The translations under genes and the position numbers were made by a program. From the IMG/VR virus record IMGVR_UViG_3300045988_175898: a stretch of 36,457 bases of DNA; one strand, 5' to 3'. The notes beneath the pieces were generated by a model that ran no database searches, was not told where the DNA came from, and saw only the letters and a list, made by a program, of their open reading frames with translations. Within the stretch, counting starts at the first letter, position 1. Every line of letters starts with the position of its first letter. Positions 25,297 to 32,318 of this stretch are shown in pieces. This stretch comes from a virus.

Positions 25297-27242
25297 TGCA
25301 ACTCACCATCAACAACCAAATAGCCGAAATTAAAAATGGCACCACCATCAAACTCACACGCGTCAACCCTTACTTTGCCGACCAAGGCGACTACACCCTC
25401 GAGGTGCAGTTGCCCTTGAGGGGCTGCCCGACGAACCTCGCCATATTCGGACCACGCAACCACCCCGCCCTGGCGCAATACCCCCACATAGGCGAACAAT
25501 ATACCATGCAGCTCATCGCACCACCGCTGCAACTCGAAGGCACCGCCACCGTCACCTCAATCACCGAGGCCGAAATAAAAGCGCAACTCAAAGCCGGTGT
25601 CAAAGCATCACCACTCAACAACGACACCACCTATATTGACGAGCTACCACTCGGCAACGTGTGGGACGGCTTCGGCTCCGTGCAATACTCCAGCAGCGAA
25701 GTGCTCGAAAGTGGAACCGACGTGCGCACCCAAATTAAAATATTCAGCAGCTGCATCGGCCAAAAATTCCTGCGCACCACCACACCCGTGCGGCAAGCAG
25801 CCTACGGCACCTACGGACAAACCGACGCTATATGCCTGCCCATATACAGCTCCACCGACGACATCATAGCCAACCCTGCGAACATGATAACCACCACGCC
25901 CGGCCTCGACGGCGACTCAATAGACAGCATCACACTCGCACCCTGCCCCTACCTGCTCGACATCACCGCGCGCATATTCAAGTGCCTCGGCTTCACCCCC
26001 GGCGACTGGAACCAATACACCAAAAACCCGCTCACACGCGCCATCTACATAGCCAACACACGGCAGACACTGCAACGGACCAAAATCCTCCCGCACTGGA
26101 CCGTAAAAGAATACCTCAACGAACTGCAAAACCTGCTCGGCTGCGTGTTCACCTTCAAGGGGCAATACGTCGACATGTACACCCGCCAAGACTACTACAC
26201 CCAAAACCGCAAACCCATCACCATCACACAAGTATCCGACACACACACCATCAACATATCAACCGACCCCGAAGCCGAAACCACAGCCAACGGCAATGTC
26301 GACTACGACTACCCCAACATAAGCCCCATGCTGCGCCTGCCCGACGAAGTATGGGAAAACGCCACCATACTGCCCACCGCCACATACGAAGAAGCCAAGA
26401 ACCACTACGACAAACTAACCGACTACTACAAGAAGCAAAGCCCCAACCTCTACACCGTCACACCCACCAACCGCGCATACGCCATACTCATCACCGATCT
26501 CGACACACCCGTCCTCCGCGAGGTAGACCAATTCGCACCACTCATGCGCACCACCAACCGCGAGCAAATGACCAAGCTGCGCATCACACCAGCCAACATG
26601 CTCATCACCGACCCATTCATCGGCACCAACAACGGGCAACTCAAAGACCCCACCACCACCGGGCGGCGCTACCCCATCATAGCCGTGGCCGACACCATAC
26701 TCACCAAAAGCAACGTCTACTCCGTCAACAACGCCATCAACCCACCCGACACCGACACCACCGACACCACCACCGAAGCCAAAGACCACATAGACATAGC
26801 CTGGTACAACGGCGAGTACGACACCTTTTATGAAGAATACTTTCCAGGCCCCGACGGTTCCCCCAGCAAAAACCCAACCATCTCGCTCTGCCCCATCGCC
26901 ATACCCTACACCATAGCCTCCGACGGCCCCCGCCACATACCCGCAACACTCGTAACAAAGGCCTACACCTTCCCCACACCAGAAGGCCCATTCGCCCTCA
27001 CCACCAAAGGCCCCATCAACACCCTCGCCACCTACGGCAACATAGGCCAACTGCTCACCACAGCCCCCACCATCGACACACGCATCGAACTACAAGTACA
27101 ATTCACCGACTCAATCAACCCCGACCCCACACAACCCTACCTCATAGGCTCCCGCCGCTACGCCTGCGCCCGCCTCGAAATCACCATCGACCAAAACGGC
27201 ATACAACCACTCAAGCAAGCCTACCTCTACGAGATACAATGA
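25293..27242 (+). CDS. tail protein (distal tail / baseplate / receptor-binding, by position)
   Basis: 649 aa with an ATGA overlap to the tape measure gene. Confidence 0.5.
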   Translation: MMQLTINNQIAEIKNGTTIKLTRVNPYFADQGDYTLEVQLPLRGCPTNLAIFGPRNHPALAQYPHIGEQYTMQLIAPPLQLEGTATVTSITEAEIKAQLKAGVKASPLNNDTTYIDELPLGNVWDGFGSVQYSSSEVLESGTDVRTQIKIFSSCIGQKFLRTTTPVRQAAYGTYGQTDAICLPIYSSTDDIIANPANMITTTPGLDGDSIDSITLAPCPYLLDITARIFKCLGFTPGDWNQYTKNPLTRAIYIANTRQTLQRTKILPHWTVKEYLNELQNLLGCVFTFKGQYVDMYTRQDYYTQNRKPITITQVSDTHTINISTDPEAETTANGNVDYDYPNISPMLRLPDEVWENATILPTATYEEAKNHYDKLTDYYKKQSPNLYTVTPTNRAYAILITDLDTPVLREVDQFAPLMRTTNREQMTKLRITPANMLITDPFIGTNNGQLKDPTTTGRRYPIIAVADTILTKSNVYSVNNAINPPDTDTTDTTTEAKDHIDIAWYNGEYDTFYEEYFPGPDGSPSKNPTISLCPIAIPYTIASDGPRHIPATLVTKAYTFPTPEGPFALTTKGPINTLATYGNIGQLLTTAPTIDTRIELQVQFTDSINPDPTQPYLIGSRRYACARLEITIDQNGIQPLKQAYLYEIQ

Positions 27243-27316
27243 CAACGCCACACACATCAGCCCGCCCAACCCACAATTCTAAAACGCTGAAAATCAACAA
27301 AAAAGTACACAGATAA

Positions 27317-27348
27317 TTTGGCAAATACGAATTATTGTAGTATCTTTG
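27317..27348 (+). promoter_or_regulatory. Bacteroidota-type promoter TTTG-N20-TATCTTTG
   Basis: TTTG at 27317-27320 and TATCTTTG at 27341-27348. Confidence 0.6.
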
Positions 27349-27371
27349 CATTGTCAAAAACAAAAAACAAT

Positions 27372-27527
27372 ATGAAACAGAAAACATTCAAAATCGCAGT
27401 TTCCGAAAAAGAGTACGAACTGCTCGAAGCCATTCGCAACTACAACAAAAGTTTCCCCGATGGCTATCCACAACTACTTTGGTACGCGCAAGAACTCTTC
27501 GACCAAATGCTAAGGCAACCCAACTAA
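27372..27527 (+). CDS. small hypothetical protein (51 aa)
   Basis: I chose the ATG at 27372 because the ORF-track start at 27318 lies upstream of the -7 box. Translation: MKQKTFKIAVSEKEYELLEAIRNYNKSFPDGYPQLLWYAQELFDQMLRQPN. Confidence 0.45.
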   Translation: MKQKTFKIAVSEKEYELLEAIRNYNKSFPDGYPQLLWYAQELFDQMLRQPN

Positions 27528-27531
27528 CACA

Positions 27532-27565
27532 AAGAGCCCCGTCACAAGCGGGCGGGGCTCTTTAC
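27532..27565 (+). terminator. terminator-like hairpin (weak T run)
   Basis: AAGAGCCCCG (27532-27541) pairs with CGGGGCTCTT (27553-27562). Confidence 0.45.
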
Positions 27566-27599
27566 ACTATATCAAACACAACCCACAACACCATACATC

Positions 27600-27842
27600 A
27601 TGGACAACACCCAACCCATCACCAATATGAGGGAGCGTCTACAAGACATACAACTCATCATATCATGGCGCGAAGTCGCCAACCAATACTTTCACAAGTC
27701 ATCATCATGGCTCTACCACAAGCTCAACGGCATCGACGGCAACGGAGGCACAGGCGGCTTCACCCCTGCCGAACGGGAGCAACTTCGTCAAAGCCTGCGC
27801 GACCTCGCGCAGCGCATCAACCATTGCGCAGACAACATATAG
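27600..27842 (+). CDS. DUF5053-like protein (paralog of 5180..5479)
   Basis: 80 aa. The segment QYFHKSSSWLYHKLNGIDGNGGTGGFTPAEREQLRQSLRDLAQRI matches the pattern seen in the 5180 ORF. Confidence 0.5.
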   Translation: MDNTQPITNMRERLQDIQLIISWREVANQYFHKSSSWLYHKLNGIDGNGGTGGFTPAEREQLRQSLRDLAQRINHCADNI

Positions 27843-28003
27843 CCCTCCAACCGTGCAGCCGCCACAAACCGTCCGCCCACAAAGAGCGGTGCAGCCCACA
27901 ATGAGCGGCACAACAGCCACACCACATACATCAGCCGGGGTTTTACTTTCATACGTTTCCCCTTTGACACAAGCCGCCTGCGGCTGACAGGCGCACCCAC
28001 CTG

Positions 28004-28033
28004 GCCTGGCCCCACGTGGCCAGGCTTTTTTTT
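28004..28033 (+). terminator. rho-independent terminator
   Basis: GCCTGGCC (28004-28011) pairs with GGCCAGGC (28018-28025), followed by a T8 run. Confidence 0.8.
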
Positions 28034-28039
28034 GCATAC

Positions 28040-28094
28040 GCTTGTGGTGTTTATGCGCGCACCACAAGCACCGTATACGCGCACCACAAGCACC
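28040..28094. repeat. attP left-arm repeats: GCTTGTGGTG (inverted) plus 2x GCGCACCACAAGCACC
   Basis: The 10-mer CACCACAAGC occurs at 28060-28069 and 28082-28091. Its complement lies at 28040-28049. Confidence 0.8.
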
Positions 28095-28097
28095 TTT

Positions 28098-28119
28098 TTG
28101 TGAGCATATTGTGAGCACT
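28098..28119. repeat. attP left-arm: 2 tandem 11-nt units TTGTGAGCA(T/C)(A/T)
   Basis: Units at 28098-28108 and 28109-28119. Confidence 0.85.
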
Positions 28120-28174
28120 CACGTTCAGTCACCCGCTCAACCTGTTGTATATCAATGATTTAGGCCTCCTATTT

Positions 28175-28223
28175 CCCCTGCTTTGGGAGCAGGGGGTCGT
28201 GGGTTCGAATCCCGTCGCCCCGA
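28175..28223 (+). other. attP core: 3' portion of a tRNA-Pro(UGG) gene (anticodon arm to discriminator); 5' half absent
   Basis: The anticodon stem-loop is CCTGC-TTTGGGA-GCAGG (28177-28193) with anticodon TGG. The T arm is GTGGG-TTCGAAT-CCCGT, followed by the acceptor 3' strand CGCCCCG and discriminator A. No complementary 5' acceptor or D arm lies upstream. Confidence 0.75.
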
Positions 28224-28232
28224 CATTTACTT

Positions 28233-28278
28233 AAACCGCTGATTATCAAGTAATTAAACTTGATAATCGGCGGTTTTT
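28233..28278 (+). terminator. rho-independent terminator following the tRNA fragment
   Basis: AAACCGCTGATTATCAAG (28233-28250) pairs with CTTGATAATCGGCGGTTT (28259-28276) with one G-T. The T5 run (28274-28278) overlaps the 3' end of the stem. Confidence 0.8.
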
Positions 28279-28353
28279 GCGTTGTGTTAATACTACTGCT
28301 TAAGCCTTTTTTATGGCTCATTTGGGTCTATTTTGCGATATTTTGGCGCAATT

Positions 28354-28386
28354 TTGTGAGCATATTGTGAGCATATTGTGAGCAAT
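28354..28386. repeat. attP right-arm: 3 tandem 11-nt units TTGTGAGCA(T/A)(A/T)
   Basis: Units at 28354-28364, 28365-28375 and 28376-28386, ending 35 nt before the integrase ATG. Confidence 0.85.
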
Positions 28387-28420
28387 CGGACTGCGGGACG
28401 AAATGCAATAGGAACAAAAA

Positions 28421-29713
28421 ATGGCATACAAAATAAAATGGTATCTGGATTTGAGACGCACAAGCACTGAGGGCAAAGGGCGGCTATACATGGTGATATA
28501 CAACAATGGTACGGCGGCGCAAATTGCCACCGGGCTGATGCTGCATAAGAATGAATTTGAAGCCGGCAAGGTGGTGGGCGTGCCTATGGCCGGAAAACTG
28601 ACGCAAATGCTCGGTATTAAAAGGGCTAAGCTGCAGCTTGATATTGAAGAACTTGCTGTGGGCGGGTACGAGGTGGACAAGATGAAAGCGGCGGAGATTA
28701 AAAAGGCTGTGCTGGCTAAACGCGGGAATGATGACGAGGAAGGGAACGGCGAAGGTAAAGGGACCAGGAATGAGACGGCGTTTGGCACGTTTGCCGAGAA
28801 GTTTATAGCCCGAAGGGGCAAGGAGAAAACAAGGCAGGTGTATGAAATGACGCTGCGCAAGATGGGGGGATACTGTGATGTGGGGCGCCTGAGGTTTGCG
28901 GACATCAGTGTGGGGTGGCTGCGAGACTTTGAGCAGTGGCTGGGGGCGACGTGCAGCGTGAACACGCGGGGCATTCATTTGCGCAACATTCGCGCGGTGA
29001 TGAATGCGGCTATTGATGAGGGGGTGGTGCCGGCTGACTTGTACCCTTTCAGACGGTTTAAGATTAAGAAGGAGGAGACGATGAAGCGGTCGCTCTCGGT
29101 GGGTGACTTGAGGCGGCTGAGGGATTACCCGTGTGAGGGGTGGCAGCGGAAGTATGTTGATGTGTTTATGCTGTCGTTCTACCTGGCGGGTATTAACTTG
29201 GTGGACTTGATGGGGCTGCCGCCGTTGGGGGCGGACGGTGTCATAAGGTACAGGAGGAGCAAGACGGGGGTGCTGTGCCAGCTGTCGGTGCCGCCTGAGG
29301 CCCGGGCTATTATTGAGCGTTACAAGGGGGAGCGGCATTTGCTGTGGTTTGGGGAGCGGCTGAAGCCTGGCGCGGAGGGGTGGCATGACTGGCTGCACAG
29401 GTTTAACGAGGGGTTGCAGAAGGTGGGGCCGTCGGGTTATATGTATGTGCGCCGCAAGGGGCAGTGTGGCGGCAAGCAGCGGGTGAAGGTGTATAATGCT
29501 TTGTTTCCGGAACTTACATCGTACTGGGCGCGGCACACGTGGGCTACGCTGGCGGCTGAAATTGATGTGCCTGACGCGGTGATTGATGCTGCGCTGGGGC
29601 ACAGGTCGGTGTGCCGCATGGCGGACATATACATAAGGCGTGATGCGCGCAAGGTGGACGAGGCGGTGAGGCGGGTGATTGAGTATGTGAATGGCGGGGC
29701 AGATGGGAGTTGA
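28421..29713 (+). CDS. int: tyrosine integrase (Bacteroidales phage-integrase type with N-terminal arm-binding region)
   Basis: 430 aa. The C-terminal catalytic pattern is ARHTWAT...LGHRS...ADIYIRR (R, H-x-x-R, Y). The N-terminus is KIKWYLDLRR...GRLYMVI. The gene lies adjacent to the tRNA fragment. Confidence 0.9.
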   Translation: MAYKIKWYLDLRRTSTEGKGRLYMVIYNNGTAAQIATGLMLHKNEFEAGKVVGVPMAGKLTQMLGIKRAKLQLDIEELAVGGYEVDKMKAAEIKKAVLAKRGNDDEEGNGEGKGTRNETAFGTFAEKFIARRGKEKTRQVYEMTLRKMGGYCDVGRLRFADISVGWLRDFEQWLGATCSVNTRGIHLRNIRAVMNAAIDEGVVPADLYPFRRFKIKKEETMKRSLSVGDLRRLRDYPCEGWQRKYVDVFMLSFYLAGINLVDLMGLPPLGADGVIRYRRSKTGVLCQLSVPPEARAIIERYKGERHLLWFGERLKPGAEGWHDWLHRFNEGLQKVGPSGYMYVRRKGQCGGKQRVKVYNALFPELTSYWARHTWATLAAEIDVPDAVIDAALGHRSVCRMADIYIRRDARKVDEAVRRVIEYVNGGADGS

Positions 29714-29748
29714 AAGGTAAAATATATCATACTTTTTCAAAGAAAATA

Positions 29749-29780
29749 TTTGGCAAGGAGTAAATTATTTCATACCTTGC
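29749..29780 (+). promoter_or_regulatory. candidate promoter TTTG-N20-TACCTTGC (imperfect -7)
   Basis: TTTG at 29749-29752 and TACCTTGCA at 29773-29781. The latter resembles TATCTTTGCA with one T missing. Confidence 0.35.
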
Positions 29781-29818
29781 ATTGCTAAGCACAAAGAGAA
29801 ATAATACAGAGATATAAT

Positions 29819-30220
29819 ATGGAACAGATTAAGATTAAGGTGAATTGGTGTGATAAGAATTATGCAGCGGTGTCTGATGATGAGTGCTTGCATGGTGTGG
29901 TGGTTGCCACTGCCAGGAGTTACGATGAGTTGCTTGTTGAAGTGCGCCGTGCCATAGCCGAACATGCGGGCGACATGGAGGAGGTGGCGCCGTGGGTCAA
30001 GGCTGGCGAGTATGGGTTGGACGTGGAAATGGGGGCGGCGGCCCTCATTCGTTTGGCCGAGAATTATACGTCGCTTAAAATCATATCTCGTGTGTCGGGT
30101 ATCAACCAGGCTTTGCTGACTCATTATGCCACGGGGCTTAAAGTGCCGCGCGACGGGCAACGGGCGCGCATAGTTGATGCCTTGCACGCTATTGGCGAGG
30201 CTTTGGCTGGCATGCGGTAG
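29819..30220 (+). CDS. HicB-like fold with C-terminal HTH (tentative)
   Basis: 133 aa. The N-terminal region (IKIKVNWCDKNYAAV...GVVVATARSYDELLVEVRRAIAEH) resembles HicB/UPF0150 proteins. The C-terminal region (ISRVSGINQALLTHYATGLKVP) is similar to the HTH of CDS 1678..2085. No HicA-sized partner ORF is adjacent. Confidence 0.45.
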   Translation: MEQIKIKVNWCDKNYAAVSDDECLHGVVVATARSYDELLVEVRRAIAEHAGDMEEVAPWVKAGEYGLDVEMGAAALIRLAENYTSLKIISRVSGINQALLTHYATGLKVPRDGQRARIVDALHAIGEALAGMR

Positions 30221-30332
30221 GCACATTCGCGGGCCGTCTCTTTGTTTTGACTGCTGCCCGGGGCATGCGGGCGGCATTATGGGGCTTCCCTCTGTTATGG
30301 GGGAGGCCCTTTTTTTGTGTGTTTATAAAGCG

Positions 30333-30371
30333 TTTACGCCCCTTTTGCGGTTGTGGCAAAAGGGGCGTAAA
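30333..30371. terminator. hairpin between convergent genes (bidirectional terminator candidate)
   Basis: TTTACGCCCCTTTTGC (30333-30348) pairs with GCAAAAGGGGCGTAAA (30356-30371) in a perfect 16-bp stem. Confidence 0.65.
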
Positions 30372-30405
30372 TGCGCGCGTGTATTAAACATATCATGTAT
30401 TCGTT

Positions 30406-30819
30406 TCAGCCTTTGTCGAGCAGCACCTTAATGAGGCGTTCCTTTTCGTCGAGGAGGGCGTGCAGGGCGGCATTATCTTTTTGCAGGAGTTCGATGGTGT
30501 GCTGTAGCGTTATAACCTCATTATCACTGCTTTTGGTTGTCTCTATATTGCCTGTGGAGTTTATTTGCGTTGTGTTGTGGTGGCCGCCTACTTGTATGCT
30601 GCCTTGCTCGTCGGGCAGTAGCATCTCGCCCTCGCCGGTTAGGAGCCAGTTGCCGTCGACTTGAGGGAATGCACGCTTTATTCGTTCGGGGTCGAAGGTC
30701 TTGCGGGATATCCAAGTACCAATTGTACCCTGACTTGTATTCATAGCTTTTGCGAATTTCGACTGATTTCCTTTTGCAAAAGCAATAATGAGCTGTTCTA
30801 ATTGTCCTATATCTTTCAT
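30406..30819 (-). CDS. CI-like HTH repressor
   Basis: 137 aa and the only minus-strand gene. The HTH is QSKFAKAMNTSQGTIGTWISRK, followed by NWLLTGEGEM, typical of Bacteroidales XRE-like regulators. It is divergent from the early rightward genes and has a C-terminal coiled segment. Confidence 0.7.
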   Translation of the reverse strand: MKDIGQLEQLIIAFAKGNQSKFAKAMNTSQGTIGTWISRKTFDPERIKRAFPQVDGNWLLTGEGEMLLPDEQGSIQVGGHHNTTQINSTGNIETTKSSDNEVITLQHTIELLQKDNAALHALLDEKERLIKVLLDKG

Positions 30820-30874
30820 TTTGTTGGTCTATATGTCCTATTTTATAACAATTGCGATATTTTGTATTATTTCA

Positions 30875-30907
30875 TTTGTTGTTATTAAATTGCATTTGCT
30901 ATATTTG
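30875..30907 (+). promoter_or_regulatory. rightward early promoter TTTG-N21-TATATTTG
   Basis: TTTG at 30875-30878 and TATATTTG at 30900-30907. ACATAAC repeats lie at 30913-30919 and 30925-30931, with an inverted GTTATGT at 30963-30969 just downstream. These are operator candidates. Confidence 0.5.
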
Positions 30908-30979
30908 CACCACATAACAACGTTACATAACCGCGTTACGCATACAAATGTAAAGAATACATGTTATGTTTACAAGCAA

Positions 30980-31261
30980 ATGGAAGCAAAAAACAGGATA
31001 CTGCGCAGCATCAGCCCGACGGCCACGCTGCGCTCAATGAAGCCGGGCAGCGGCATTGAAATACCTTGCAGTGCAATGAGTTTTTCGGCGCTGATTATGG
31101 CAAAAGCCAGGTTGAACCGCCAGAGCGGGCGCAACGAGTGGCAAGTGAGAGTGAAGAAGGACGCCGCACGCGGCAAGTGCTACCTGGTGGAGCGCGCGCA
31201 GGGCGAAGTGACAAACAACAACAAACAGCAGGAGGACAACAACCATGATGACGGAGACTGA
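30980..31261 (+). CDS. hypothetical early protein
   Basis: 93 aa from the ATG at 30980. The ORF-track start at 30788 lies inside the repressor gene and promoter region. Confidence 0.4.
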   Translation: MEAKNRILRSISPTATLRSMKPGSGIEIPCSAMSFSALIMAKARLNRQSGRNEWQVRVKKDAARGKCYLVERAQGEVTNNNKQQEDNNHDDGD

Positions 31262-31445
31262 ACCCCAGGTGCCCGACACGGGGCGTTACCCCATGTGCCG
31301 TGCGGCAGAGCTGCTCGGTGTGTCGCGCTCCACCATCAAGCGATGGGTGACGAGCGGGCGCATAACCTGCGGCTGGAGCAAGGTGAACTGCAGAAAGTTC
31401 ATAACCGGTGCCGAGATTAAGCGCGTGTGGCGTGAGTACTATTAA
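31245..31445 (+). CDS. xis: excisionase-family HTH DNA-binding protein
   Basis: 66 aa. The segment MCRAAELLGVSRSTIKRWVTSGRI...KFITGAEIKRV fits the HTH_17 / AlpA-Xis pattern. Confidence 0.65.
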   Translation: MMTETEPQVPDTGRYPMCRAAELLGVSRSTIKRWVTSGRITCGWSKVNCRKFITGAEIKRVWREYY

Positions 31446-31589
31446 GTGCCATTGCACACACGTGGCGGCAACGGTGAGAGAGTGACACGATGCCCCGAGG
31501 GGGCATGCGGTGTGTGTGCGGCGGCACATGCGGGCGGCGCGAGCGGTTTGCGCCATATAAATATATAGGTATAACTACCATGCAGTGTT

Positions 31590-31646
31590 GCTCACACACA
31601 CCTCACACACAAGGCGGCTCACACAACGGCTCACACATGGCTCACG
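31590..31646. repeat. five ~11-12-nt-phased copies of GCTCACA (complement of the attP arm motif TGTGAGC)
   Basis: GCTCACA at 31590, CCTCACA at 31601, GCTCACA at 31617 and 31629, and GCTCACG at 31640. Confidence 0.8.
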
Positions 31647-31765
31647 CAAGGCGGGGGCTGCAAAGATGGCTTATAACGCAACAACAACCCATATTAACAA
31701 CAACCCATGCACGCTGCGGCACCGGACGCCTGCGGCTGTGCGCACTAACGAAAAAGCATACAATT

Positions 31766-31981
31766 ATGAAAAAGACTGTTATACGACTCATGACCCTTAC
31801 AAAGTGGGCCTTGGTGGGCGCGGCACTGTTTGCAGCCTTTGCCTGGGCTGGCAAGAGCGACTTTGTAGACTCCACTGTGGTGGAGATGAAGAACAACGGC
31901 ACGTACTATGCGCTGAGCGAGCGTTTCCCCGACTACTCTGACGCCGACCTGGTGCACTACTATGTGGAGCACTGCAAATAA
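31766..31981 (+). CDS. small protein with N-terminal signal/TM helix
   Basis: 71 aa from the ATG at 31766 (MKKTVIRLMTLTKWALVGAALFAAFAWAG...). The upstream part of the track ORF (31490-) is GC-rich non-coding-looking sequence that contains the GCTCACA repeats. Confidence 0.45.
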   Translation: MKKTVIRLMTLTKWALVGAALFAAFAWAGKSDFVDSTVVEMKNNGTYYALSERFPDYSDADLVHYYVEHCK

Positions 31982-32012
31982 TGAATAATAACCAACTAAA
32001 AAAAGAACAATT

Positions 32013-32318
32013 ATGGAAAGCGTAAAAATGGAGCAGAAATTTAGTGTAAAAATCAAGTACAAGCTGACAGCGGACGAGAGCTTTGCCGAGGTGGAGGTGT
32101 CGTTCGACAAGGGCAGCCATGAGTGGACGCTGGAGGCCAACTTTGTGCCGCTCGAGCAGCGCGAGTTTGTCGACGCGCTCGACCGAGCTCTGCCCTTTGA
32201 GCTGATAGTCAAGAACGGCCACGGCGGCTGCATCATTCAAGGCCCCATGCCCGAGGGCATGACACGGGCCGGGGTAATGGAGCGCATCGAGGCGGTGTTT
32301 GCCGACACGATAGTTTGA
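32013..32318 (+). CDS. hypothetical protein
   Basis: 101-aa ORF with an alternative ATG at 32028. Confidence 0.45.
   Translation: MESVKMEQKFSVKIKYKLTADESFAEVEVSFDKGSHEWTLEANFVPLEQREFVDALDRALPFELIVKNGHGGCIIQGPMPEGMTRAGVMERIEAVFADTIV

Noticed and set aside
25832-26833. 333-aa alternative plus-frame ORF inside the tail protein gene
   Set aside because: The product is extremely rich in His, Arg, Pro and Gln. This is a consequence of the A+C-rich sequence there. The main frame is continuous for 649 codons and is translationally coupled to the tape measure gene.
28150-28226. Complete tRNA-Pro gene
   Set aside because: Only the anticodon arm, variable loop, T arm and 3' acceptor strand are present. 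The sequence where the 5' acceptor strand and D arm should be (ATCAATGATTTAGGCCTCCTATTT) cannot pair with CGCCCCG. I interpret it as an attP core rather than a functional tRNA.
28484-29740. 418-aa minus-strand ORF antisense to the integrase gene
   Set aside because: The plus-strand frame carries the tyrosine recombinase catalytic motifs. The antisense product is Pro/His/Arg/Leu-rich with no recognisable domain.
30788-30979. ORF-track start at 30788 for the first rightward early gene
   Set aside because: It would overlap the repressor gene start and include the whole promoter/operator region. The ATG at 30980 lies downstream of the TATATTTG -7 box.
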